From a virus (lineage: Duplodnaviria > Caudoviricetes): a stretch of 57,013 bases of DNA. Numbering within the stretch: position 1 is the first letter of the stretch; each line of letters begins with the position of its first letter. The stretch spans positions 1-57,013 of IMG/VR virus record IMGVR_UViG_3300021425_000044; one strand, written 5' to 3'. This document shows positions 1 through 7,899 of the stretch, in pieces. The translations under genes were made by a program, and so were the position numbers. The notes below the pieces were generated by a model. The model was not told the DNA's origin. It ran no database searches and saw only the letters and a list, made by a program, of their open reading frames with translations.

Positions 1-267
1 CTCCAACACCTCGGCGTGATAGCGGATCGCATCGGCACGGAAGTCGCCGTGGCTCTCGTACGGGCCGTTCTCGTTGGCTTCGCTCAGCGCCTCGGACGCC
101 CACTCGCAAGTCGACTTGTACATGCCCTCGTCGTTGCCGAAGTGCAGAGCGACCGCCCACGTCTGACGGTTCTTCCAGCCGTTGTACCCGTCGGCGTTGC
201 TCAGCATCAGGTCGTCGGGCGTCTGTCGGTCGATGGTGTTGTTGTTGTTGTTGTTGGTTGCTTCCAT
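1..267 (-). CDS. Conserved phage hypothetical protein (YNGWxNxxTWxVxL family), runs off the window edge
   Basis: Manual translation from ATG at 267: MEATNNNNNNTIDRQTPDDLMLSNADGYNGWKNRQTWAVALHFGNDEGMY...; not in ORF track; TTGTGT-17-TATGGT promoter 7 nt upstream of ATG. Confidence 0.8.
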   Translation of the reverse strand, partial: MEATNNNNNNTIDRQTPDDLMLSNADGYNGWKNRQTWAVALHFGNDEGMYKSTCEWASEALSEANENGPYESHGDFRADAIRYHAEVLE

Positions 268-503
268 GTAGGACACCATAACTCCCCTCGACACTTAACA
301 CAACACCGTGGGGCTATTTATTTCAGAACAGCGGGCGGCACCCGTAGTCGGGTTCGTCCACTAATAGTGGGTAAGGGAACTTACGTATTATGCAAGGAGT
401 ATAGACAAGTAGTGTATAAGTGTGCGTATACACAGGATAACTAGCAGATACGATAGTTGTAGAGAGATGCCTTAACTTCTAAAAGGATGTATAAAGGTCT
501 TAC

Positions 504-677
504 TCACTCTTCGTCGTCTTTCTGATCTCCTGCAATGTAAGCCCCAAGCGCCACCATACCGGCAGCGAGTCCACCGCCAGCAAGCATAGCCTGGGAGCTT
601 CCGTCGCTCTCTGCGATTGCTACAGCACCTGCCAGGAGTCCAGCAGCAACTATGAGTAGCGGGGCAGAGAACTTCAT
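504..677 (-). CDS. Small two-TM membrane protein, putative holin (57 aa)
   Basis: MKFSAPLLIVAAGLLAGAVAIAESDGSSQAMLAGGGLAAGMVALGAYIAGDQKDDEE; TAATG overlap with endolysin stop; two hydrophobic stretches and a charged tail. Confidence 0.6.
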   Translation of the reverse strand: MKFSAPLLIVAAGLLAGAVAIAESDGSSQAMLAGGGLAAGMVALGAYIAGDQKDDEE

Positions 678-1672
678 TAGACAGGCATGTTCACAACGTC
701 ACCGGGGAAGAACGTACGGCCACTGCCACCGTTCCAATCGGCAAACGTGTCGAACAGTTGAGTGCTGGGCCAGGCTGTCGTACCCGTAAGACGCCGAATG
801 ATTGAAGCAACACCCTCGCCGTCTTGGACGGTCGTGCGGGTACCCTTCACACCTGGCGTGTCAACAAATACCGGCTTGTTTGCCGTGGAATACGAGTTGA
901 ACTTAGAGGAGTCGAGTTTGCCGTTCTCGGCACCGTTACCATAAACAACCGTTGCTACGCTCCAAGGAGAGTCGCCTTTCTTAACGTACCACTGGGCAGT
1001 ATCCAGTTGCTCAACACCTTCCGCCGGGGGCGGCTTAGGAAGCTCTGGTTCCGGCTCGGGAGCAGGCTCAGGAGCCGGTGGTGGCGGAGTCTCGTCGGCA
1101 TATGCCAACCAGCAGTCGCCACGAAACTTGTCCATGTCCCACAGTGCGCCACCCTTGGCGTACTTGGAGTTGCCCGCTGGATCATACTTGCGGCTCGTCC
1201 ATTCAAAGTGGGCGACGATATCGCCCCACGACAGACCGAGCTTCGTGACGAGAATATGGCACAGCTTGGTGTAGGCGACCTGCTGGACCTCGGGCCACTG
1301 CTCACCAGTTCCAGAATTAGCCGCCTCGATGGAGAGCATGTACCGGTTACCTGCGTCCTTCGGGATAGTGCCCTTAGAGGTCTTGTACGGACCACCCTTT
1401 CCTTGCGTGTTCGTGGCCCCAGCGGCGCAGACAGTCACGGTTCCGGTGCGATCCAGGTACAAGGCCCCGATTGGCTTAGCGTCAGCATTCTTCAACATGT
1501 AGTTCAAGTCATTAGCGGGCGACGTATTAGAAGCGGTATGGTGAACTCCGATAGCCCATACGGCGTCATATCCGCCTGATGAGCGTGAGCGAGTCTCCCA
1601 ACCGGGATACTCCTCGACGTTCAAGCCACCTTCACGCAGCCAAGTAGGAAGGTTCAAAAGCCAGGTACTCAT
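677..1672 (-). CDS. Endolysin: N-acetylmuramoyl-L-alanine amidase (Amidase_2) + Pro/Glu linker + LysM-like C-terminal domains
   Basis: GWETRSRS..G, VHHTAS, IEAANSG, VAHFEW..RKYDP amidase motifs; PEPAPEPEPE linker; YVKKGDSPWSVA..VYG LysM-like. Confidence 0.9.
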   Translation of the reverse strand: MSTWLLNLPTWLREGGLNVEEYPGWETRSRSSGGYDAVWAIGVHHTASNTSPANDLNYMLKNADAKPIGALYLDRTGTVTVCAAGATNTQGKGGPYKTSKGTIPKDAGNRYMLSIEAANSGTGEQWPEVQQVAYTKLCHILVTKLGLSWGDIVAHFEWTSRKYDPAGNSKYAKGGALWDMDKFRGDCWLAYADETPPPPAPEPAPEPEPELPKPPPAEGVEQLDTAQWYVKKGDSPWSVATVVYGNGAENGKLDSSKFNSYSTANKPVFVDTPGVKGTRTTVQDGEGVASIIRRLTGTTAWPSTQLFDTFADWNGGSGRTFFPGDVVNMPV

Positions 1673-1869
1673 TGTGGCACATCCAGTTTCTCACCGTAGA
1701 TAGCCTTGAGAGCCTCTAGCGGTGTGTTGTTAGCGAATACTTCAGCAAGCTCTTCAAGGCGTTCCCAGTTGATTGGGGGATCGCCGTCAGCGTCTTGCTC
1801 ATCTGCATCAGCAAAGTTAGCGAAGTCGTCATCGGTGACAGGGGAAGGAGTTTCTTCTCGTCGTTTCAT
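1669..1869 (-). CDS. Hypothetical acidic protein
   Basis: ATGA overlap with endolysin; TGT-TACACT -10 element 7 nt upstream of ATG. Confidence 0.7.
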   Translation of the reverse strand: MKRREETPSPVTDDDFANFADADEQDADGDPPINWERLEELAEVFANNTPLEALKAIYGEKLDVPQ

Positions 1870-2009
1870 AAAGAACAGTGTAACACAATTACAGCTATGA
1901 GAACTGAATCTAGGTCAAAAGTCTCTAATTGATCTAACGCGGGATAACCGGTCATTATTTCGCCAAATGACGCGCCCTATTTCCCCCTATTGGCTGCTTG
2001 CTGTGCAAG

Positions 2010-2306
2010 CTACCACTTTTCCTTGGAACTCCAGTAAGCAGCCGACATCTTACCCTTCTTGATGTTCTTGCCGTGTCGGGCCTTAAAGGATGCACGCTTC
2101 TTCTTTGTAGCCTCTGACTCGCCCGCCTTTGGCTTACCGGCAGTCTTAGCACCTTGCTCACCAAAACGGATGAGCTTGACGGTCTCCCCCTCTTTAGCGA
2201 GGACAGCATGTGACTTAGTTGGATGACCGGGGGTCTTCTTAGGCTTGTTGTAACCAGAGAAGGTAATACCTCCCCGAGTATACTTAGATGTCTTGCCGTC
2301 ACTCAT
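2010..2306 (-). CDS. Conserved basic phage protein (KLIRFG...RASFKARH...SAAYWS family)
   Basis: Recurring phage motif recognised; coupled to the upstream gene. Confidence 0.8.
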   Translation of the reverse strand: MSDGKTSKYTRGGITFSGYNKPKKTPGHPTKSHAVLAKEGETVKLIRFGEQGAKTAGKPKAGESEATKKKRASFKARHGKNIKKGKMSAAYWSSKEKW

Positions 2307-2620
2307 GATGTCGTTGGGTTTCCACTATAGCTACCGTACACCGGCTTATAAGACTCACCAGTCGAAGGTGTTTGGGGCGCTGCCATTTGAGGAGTAGCAG
2401 GTTGAGGAGTAGCAGGTTGGGAACCTCCACCGCCGACTCCACTCATAATAGACCGAGCACCCATACGACCACCAATTTGGGCGGTCTTTGAGGCTGTCGA
2501 TGATGCTACTGAACGGGTAGCTGTAGAAGCTGCCCCCCTCGCAGCGGCACCTGCACCTGCACGAGCAGCGGTTCCTGCAATGAGTCTTGCTCCAATAGCG
2601 GCTACAGCGGGTAATGCCAT
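2303..2620 (-). CDS. Hypothetical Ala/Gly-rich protein
   Basis: ATGA overlap with downstream gene; QPATPQ repeats. Confidence 0.7.
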   Translation of the reverse strand: MALPAVAAIGARLIAGTAARAGAGAAARGAASTATRSVASSTASKTAQIGGRMGARSIMSGVGGGGSQPATPQPATPQMAAPQTPSTGESYKPVYGSYSGNPTTS

Positions 2621-2709
2621 GATCTAGCTTCTTTCTGAGTCGGGTGAAGATTTACCTACCATATTAACACTCTCAATGCAATGATGTCCACTTTTCTTGG
2701 GTATCTGCT

Positions 2710-2976
2710 CTACTTCTTACCCCTGTTACGGGCGCGATTAGTGGAGGGGTCCTCAGCTACGAGCTTGCCCTCTTTGGTGTGGCTCATGTCTGGACCACCC
2801 TTCCCATCAATGCCCCGCTTACGACGTTCAGTACGACGCTCAGCTTTCTTGTCCTTGACAGACTCCTTCTTATCGTATTCCTTCATGTACTCCGCTTTCT
2901 TCTTGCGGGCGTCAGGGTTGTCCTGATAGTATTTTGCTGTCTTTCGGGGTTTGGCTACCTTTCGGTTGTCAGCCAT
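2710..2976 (-). CDS. Basic protein with degenerate HNH-like C-terminus
   Basis: GPDMSHTK...STNRARN; GGAG RBS. Confidence 0.7.
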   Translation of the reverse strand: MADNRKVAKPRKTAKYYQDNPDARKKKAEYMKEYDKKESVKDKKAERRTERRKRGIDGKGGPDMSHTKEGKLVAEDPSTNRARNRGKK

Positions 2977-3003
2977 AGTTATTCTCCTTATCTAGTTTGT
3001 CGA

Positions 3004-3246
3004 TCACGTTAGTCCCCGGTTCTCAAGCTCAGTCCACAGGGCGACAATCGCATCTACACACATGCGAACCTCCTCTGCTGAGTTGCCGGTCGCATTGTCT
3101 AACGAGCTACTACCTCGCCATGCGTCGAATGACTGGCCGAGTGCCATGATGCTGTTGTCAAAGTATCGAACAGCCTCTTCGTTGCTCAGCTTCTGTGCTC
3201 TCTTGTACGCTGCGGGGTCGATAGAGCGTGTAATTCTCATCCCCAC
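3004..3246 (-). CDS. Hypothetical protein
   Basis: ORF track; overlaps upstream gene stop. Confidence 0.65.
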   Translation of the reverse strand: MGMRITRSIDPAAYKRAQKLSNEEAVRYFDNSIMALGQSFDAWRGSSSLDNATGNSAEEVRMCVDAIVALWTELENRGLT

Positions 3247-3572
3247 TGTCGAATCTCCTCAGGCGAGTCGGACAGCTCTCTGCCGTCTAGCTGGTCCAGG
3301 CGGCTCTTCCCCTTTCCTGTAAGGATGCCGATTTGCAGTATGTACTTCTTCCTTCGGAACTGAATACCTTGCCCTCTCCAGAAGGGGGCAGAGTTCTGGC
3401 GCATGAATGCTCGACAGAGCCGGGGGTCATCGTCCCAACCAGTATCCCTGACAAGCCAGTAGACGCGGAGCCACGTGATGGCCTGGAGCTTGTTCATGGT
3501 GTTGTAGAACAGTAAGTAAATGTTGAATGAAATGGACGCCACCAATAGGGCGATCAAGATAAAAGTAGTCAT
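3237..3572 (-). CDS. Hypothetical membrane-anchored protein
   Basis: N-terminal hydrophobic helix; AAGG RBS. Confidence 0.7.
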   Translation of the reverse strand: MTTFILIALLVASISFNIYLLFYNTMNKLQAITWLRVYWLVRDTGWDDDPRLCRAFMRQNSAPFWRGQGIQFRRKKYILQIGILTGKGKSRLDQLDGRELSDSPEEIRQWG

Positions 3573-3588
3573 TTTGTGAACCTTTCAA

Positions 3589-4041
3589 TTATACACCGTT
3601 AAAGAATTGAGCCTCTTCTTGTGCCGTAGCACGTCGATAAGGAAAATGGTTAAGGGTCGAGTTAATGTAGCGACCTTTGGAGTCGGTACTATGGAAACCG
3701 TCCCACACAGAGACAGGCACGTTACTGTAGATCCAGGGAGTAGCGTACTTGATGAAGCGGACACGGATGTCCTTAGTATCATAGTCGTACTGGTATGCAA
3801 GGACTCTGGAGCTATCGGGAAAGTACCACTTTGTGGATGTTAGAGCGTGACCGCCGTCTTGACCATCAGAAGACTGCTGGTGTCCAGCGATAGTGTCACC
3901 ACTACCAGAGAGTGTATTCCCGCTAGTGTTGGCAAACAGCGTCCTACTAAGGACCTCATCCTCGGTCGATGTCGATGGGTCTGCAATAGACTTCCACCTT
4001 TCCCGACCCCAATCACCTAGACCGTTCTTACGTGCTGACAC
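3589..4041 (-). CDS. KTSC-domain protein
   Basis: SSRVLAYQYD...VRF...YSNVP..VWDGF..TDSKGRYIN matches the KTSC pattern. Confidence 0.8.
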   Translation of the reverse strand: MSARKNGLGDWGRERWKSIADPSTSTEDEVLSRTLFANTSGNTLSGSGDTIAGHQQSSDGQDGGHALTSTKWYFPDSSRVLAYQYDYDTKDIRVRFIKYATPWIYSNVPVSVWDGFHSTDSKGRYINSTLNHFPYRRATAQEEAQFFNGV

Positions 4042-4089
4042 CCCTACAGTATACCATTAGTCTGTAAGAATAACAATAGCTAACGTTAG

Positions 4090-4521
4090 CTATACCTTCT
4101 TCTTACGCTTTTTCATGGGGCCGGTCAATGGCAGTTCTTCCAGGGGCTGAACTGCCATCGTGTCGGAAGGCATGGGTGAAATGTTCTCGTACGTCGAGAC
4201 CTTGAGGGTTCCCTTGCTAACGACCTTAGTTTCGTTCGGATCACCCTTGTACATATAGTTTGAGCGACTAATCGTTGCCACAACATCGAACGGGTAAGTA
4301 CCGTCCTTGAGCCACTCTGTGTTAAACTCGTTCATCGAGAGGAGAATACCCCCCTCCCACGTCAGCTCATGGGGGATGATGTATTTCTTACCCTCGTAGA
4401 GCATCGTAGCTGCGGCAGACTCAGGCTTACGCACACGGTGCGTCCACGAGTCCTTGACGATGATTAACCGTTCCCAGACTTCACCTCGATTGATATGGTA
4501 ACGAGTAGTCTTAGCAGCCAT
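4090..4521 (-). CDS. Hypothetical protein (beta-rich, possibly structural)
   Basis: ORF track; leaderless promoter TGG-TAAGCT-N6-ATG. Confidence 0.7.
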   Translation of the reverse strand: MAAKTTRYHINRGEVWERLIIVKDSWTHRVRKPESAAATMLYEGKKYIIPHELTWEGGILLSMNEFNTEWLKDGTYPFDVVATISRSNYMYKGDPNETKVVSKGTLKVSTYENISPMPSDTMAVQPLEELPLTGPMKKRKKKV

Positions 4522-4580
4522 CCTGATAGCTTACCACACAGTCACATCGTGGGGGGCTGAGAAAACTTGCACGTCTAAGG

Positions 4581-4609
4581 TTGCAAAGCTGAGACGGGTC
4601 CGCTATAGT
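4581..4609 (+). promoter_or_regulatory. Sigma70-type promoter reading into a non-coding region
   Basis: TTGCAA-17nt-TATAGT. Confidence 0.7.
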
Positions 4610-4614
4610 ACCTC

Positions 4615-4985
4615 TCACCGAACAACTGAGCCGGGGTTAAGAACCCCAGGTGTGGCTAACCTGAGAAAGCCTGACAAGGTGTAAAGCCCCCCGCTTCGTT
4701 AGCGTGAGGAACCCCCGTTAGATGGTGTATCTTAACCAACCCCTTAACACGGGTGAACCTAGACCAACGGTGACGACACAGAGTGTCGAGCCTGAACATT
4801 CAGGCTGTCTATAAAACTACCGGAACTGAAGTGAAAGCATCTCAGTGGTAAGCATAACTATGTCTACAGTTATGGTGAGCATGTGTTCTCTACTCGCTTC
4901 CGCTCGCAGAGATAGAGAAAGATCACTGTTAATCTCTCTCACTGACTGAGCGGGAGCGAAGGAAGCAACATGGTCAACACTTTAG
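4615..4985 (+). ncRNA. Candidate ~370-nt structured non-coding RNA
   Basis: Own promoter, no ORF in track, series of stems (4633/4642, 4774/4783, 4789/4799, 4853/4868, 4894/4948 with G-U wobble). Confidence 0.55.
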
Positions 4986-5014
4986 GTTTATGCACCCTTA
5001 TGTCCATTTTCAGG

Positions 5015-5043
5015 TTGACTTTGTATACCCTTCCAGGTATACT
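5015..5043 (+). promoter_or_regulatory. Sigma70-type promoter
   Basis: TTGACT-17nt-TATACT upstream of AAGGAG RBS. Confidence 0.75.
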
Positions 5044-5069
5044 GTGGGTACAAGACTACGAAGGAGATA

Positions 5070-5261
5070 ATGACATGGAAAAGCTGTTCAGCTAAGATGG
5101 GGACGATGATGGCAGACGACAAAGTTAACAGTCTGATGGGACTGTCAGTCCCTGACCTGTCTGACTCAGAACGCCTTGACTTAGCCAAGGTTAAACATGT
5201 TTTACTTAATATGTCCCCGCAAGAACTATCTGAGTTTATGAAAGGAACACCAGATGAGTAA
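5070..5261 (+). CDS. Hypothetical protein
   Basis: AAGGAG RBS, promoter. Confidence 0.7.
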   Translation: MTWKSCSAKMGTMMADDKVNSLMGLSVPDLSDSERLDLAKVKHVLLNMSPQELSEFMKGTPDE

Positions 5262-5586
5262 CGTAGAAGAGGTAGTGAAGGTAGACGAAGGGCTTTACGT
5301 ACTGCGGGAAGGTGAGGATGCCCTCTCCCTCTCAGGTAAACTGTACGGCAGCCGGATGCATCACCAACGTCTCAGGGACGCTAACCCTACATCTGAATGG
5401 TTAGCGGGGGACACTATTAAGGTCCCAGGTAAGGCGGGTCGCGTAACCGTCTACACAGACGAGACCACTGATCTCCTTATACGCCGCATGTTCCCAGGGC
5501 ACCCGGTGTATATTCACAAGCCTCTACTTCTCAAGTGGAACCCTGATCCAATGCCAGGCGATGCCGTGTTCGTCCCTGAGCGATGA
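5254..5586 (+). CDS. Stand-alone LysM-like protein resembling the endolysin C-terminus
   Basis: YVLREGE..LYG...VPGKAG...IRR...WN..PGD aligns by eye to endolysin YVKKGD..VYG...TPGVKG...IRR...WN...PGD. Confidence 0.7.
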   Translation: MSNVEEVVKVDEGLYVLREGEDALSLSGKLYGSRMHHQRLRDANPTSEWLAGDTIKVPGKAGRVTVYTDETTDLLIRRMFPGHPVYIHKPLLLKWNPDPMPGDAVFVPER

Positions 5587-6221
5587 AGTTCAAGGAGTCT
5601 GCCCTCGCTCACCAGTACCTAGACGGTCTCGTAGGTGTTGAGATTGGGGGCGCAGCCCACAACCCATTTGGACTTGATACTATCAACGTAGACGTTACTA
5701 AGCCAGGTAGCCCCCACAGGATTATGTACGACAAGTCTCAGATTGACCTGTGCGGAGAAGCTCTGCCCGTAGACGTGGTTGCCCCCGGTAACCTGTTACC
5801 TTTCGATAACAAGTCGTACGACTTTGTACTCGCATCGCATGTTATTGAGCACCTCTTCGACCCCCTCGGTGCTTTAGAAGAATGGTCTAGAGTAGCCAGG
5901 AAGTACCTGTTTATCATTTGTCCCCATCCTGATTCCCTCCCTAGCGACGTGGGTAAACCTCTAACTACTCCAGAAGACACCCTCCTTCGGCACGAGATGC
6001 ATGTTCGTAAAAGCCACCCAGTACATGGGGATGGTTGGGAACCCGAGGATCTAGGTATCGATGAACACTGGTCGAGGTGGACACCTCCCCTGTTCAAACA
6101 GATGCTCAACCATGCGGGGCTTTGGGACGTTGTTGATATCCAGGACCCAGACGATAAGGTTGGTAACGGGTTTACGGTAGTAGTAGACCTAGACGCTAAG
6201 ACTGTTCCGCATCACCACTAG
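5583..6221 (+). CDS. Class I SAM-dependent methyltransferase-like protein
   Basis: GVEIGG motif I; LPFDNKSYDFVLASHVIEH; LEEWSRV. Confidence 0.85.
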   Translation: MKFKESALAHQYLDGLVGVEIGGAAHNPFGLDTINVDVTKPGSPHRIMYDKSQIDLCGEALPVDVVAPGNLLPFDNKSYDFVLASHVIEHLFDPLGALEEWSRVARKYLFIICPHPDSLPSDVGKPLTTPEDTLLRHEMHVRKSHPVHGDGWEPEDLGIDEHWSRWTPPLFKQMLNHAGLWDVVDIQDPDDKVGNGFTVVVDLDAKTVPHHH

Positions 6222-6396
6222 CTTGAGCTTCGTCAAACGCTGCTAGAGCGTTGCCGATGTGACGTTCCTTCATACTATTGAACTGTCCGTCTGATAGGTT
6301 ACGATCCATCTTTCGACTCGGGCTGGCTGCTTCTCGCAGCTTGCGGCGGTACGCCTGCTCCTTTTCGATGCGGTCGTCTTCGCTAATGTAGTTCAT
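6196..6396 (-). CDS. Hypothetical protein carrying NLSDGQF tag
   Basis: ATGA coupling to upstream gene; shared peptide motif. Confidence 0.65.
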   Translation of the reverse strand: MNYISEDDRIEKEQAYRRKLREAASPSRKMDRNLSDGQFNSMKERHIGNALAAFDEAQASGDAEQS

Positions 6397-7316
6397 CCTT
6401 GTGCCCGCCCCCGATCGTCGTAGCGCTGTTCTATAATGGTGCGGAACTGAGGTCCCATGCCTATCCTGCGCCCGACCAATGCACCCCCGGTGGAGGTGGA
6501 GAGGGGTAGAGGTTCCTGATAAGGTCTATTCTTAACTGAGACAGCCGACCGGAAAGGTACCTTACCCTCGTTACCTTTCTCTATACGCTTGTAAGCGAAA
6601 TCCTGAGCCATAGGAGTGCTCCCAGGGTCATCTAGTACGTCCCTCTCCCAGGAGGTTACTGCGGTGCGCGGGGCGATGATGCTCTTCTTGAATCCAGGAG
6701 TCTCTTCGGTGTCTTCAAGGTTATCCCCTTCGATGTAATTATGGTACTGGATGGGCCTTCCCTGGTGTAGCGCTCGGGCACCCGCCTGCGCCCTAGCCGT
6801 CCCATTTTGCCACTCAAGGGAGTCATAATTATCCCTGGGGGCCATATCGCCCGCAGACTCTACGATGGACTCCGGTATTTCGTCCTCGTACTCTCCACTC
6901 TCTAGGCGGGCACCGTACTCGGCAGCGTTAGCCTCCCGGTCAGTGAACACACCGGGAGCCTTCTTCTTGGTCAGGCGGCGAGCGTAGACGCTAGCTGTGT
7001 CTCCAGACGGCTTGCTCACATCGTCAAACAAGTCGTAGTTGTCGTACGCTTCGCCCAGGTACTGAGCACGGCTCTTGGCACGCTGGGAGGTGCCGTCACC
7101 ACCGAGGGGGAGCGCCCCTGCACGGTCAGCAGCTTGGCCCCTGGTCCCGTAGTGAGCCATGGGGGCGTTCCCGAAGTCAGAACGCCCAGAGCCGTGGTAG
7201 ATCGGGTTCTCCGTCGCTAGCCACTCGTCCATACTCTTCTGTCCAGGGCGTTTAGCGGCAGTCTGGTACTCAGACGAGTCGAACAACGATAGCTGCTGAG
7301 AAAGGTTATCCTTCAT
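6393..7316 (-). CDS. ADP-ribosyltransferase-like protein (ART-PolyVal-like), paralog of 10929-11828
   Basis: IYHGS, HYGT..QA..R, YHNYIEG..., TSWERDVL; N-terminus MKDNLSQQLSLF. Confidence 0.6.
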   Translation of the reverse strand: MKDNLSQQLSLFDSSEYQTAAKRPGQKSMDEWLATENPIYHGSGRSDFGNAPMAHYGTRGQAADRAGALPLGGDGTSQRAKSRAQYLGEAYDNYDLFDDVSKPSGDTASVYARRLTKKKAPGVFTDREANAAEYGARLESGEYEDEIPESIVESAGDMAPRDNYDSLEWQNGTARAQAGARALHQGRPIQYHNYIEGDNLEDTEETPGFKKSIIAPRTAVTSWERDVLDDPGSTPMAQDFAYKRIEKGNEGKVPFRSAVSVKNRPYQEPLPLSTSTGGALVGRRIGMGPQFRTIIEQRYDDRGRAQG

Positions 7317-7372
7317 AGTCCTATATATTCAACTTTAACTGACCAGGGACTTGTTGTTTATGCCCTGGTAGC

Positions 7373-7792
7373 TCACGCTCCACCGTCTCCACCGTCTCCC
7401 ATATCTCCACCGTCTCCCATATCTCCACCTTCATAGTAGCTGGTCGGGAACCGGTCTAGGGCTTCCATCGGGTAACCCATCATGTTATCAAATGCGTTGC
7501 TGGGTCCACTTACCTTGTAACGTTCTCCTACTTTCCCCTCAGCGAAGCCCTCGGGCAGAGGCTCCAGGACGTGAGGGTTCGCAGTTGGGAACTGGTTATC
7601 GTAACCGTCCCCATCCACACCGCCTCCACGAGCAGAGTCCAAAAGCGTATCAGGAGCGTTGGCGTTACCATCACTCATAACGTCTGCGGGGTGACGGGCT
7701 GCACCCATGTTTCCCTGGTTCGGGTAGATCTGCCGGGACCCTTGTGGGTACTTGAAGTCTTTGGAGTTTGAGAATTGATGGTCTGAAAGCAT
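7373..7792 (-). CDS. Hypothetical protein with N-terminal LSDHQF tag and GGDMGD C-terminal repeats
   Basis: Leaderless promoter TGA-TATGAT-N6-ATG; 18-nt tandem repeat at 3' end. Confidence 0.75.
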   Translation of the reverse strand: MLSDHQFSNSKDFKYPQGSRQIYPNQGNMGAARHPADVMSDGNANAPDTLLDSARGGGVDGDGYDNQFPTANPHVLEPLPEGFAEGKVGERYKVSGPSNAFDNMMGYPMEALDRFPTSYYEGGDMGDGGDMGDGGDGGA

Positions 7793-7860
7793 AGAGATAT
7801 CATATCACAACCCATCTCCAAATAATTGCAAGATTAACTTATTACTACCTCGCTGTGTGT

Positions 7861-7889
7861 TTGAAAACGTCAATCCTAGCCGATAGAAT
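7861..7889 (+). promoter_or_regulatory. nrdJ promoter
   Basis: TTGAAA-17nt-TAGAAT, 10 nt before ATG 7900. Confidence 0.7.
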
Positions 7890-7899
7890 AGCTTGTCCT

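Noticed and set aside
16-444. + strand 142-aa ORF in the track
   Set aside because: Shadow of the minus-strand gene at 1-267, which has a recognisable motif and promoter
4551-4985. tmRNA (starts GGGGCTGA)
   Set aside because: No GATTCGAC D-loop analogue, no T-arm/CCA end and no tag ORF found; the predicted promoter lies downstream of this G-run
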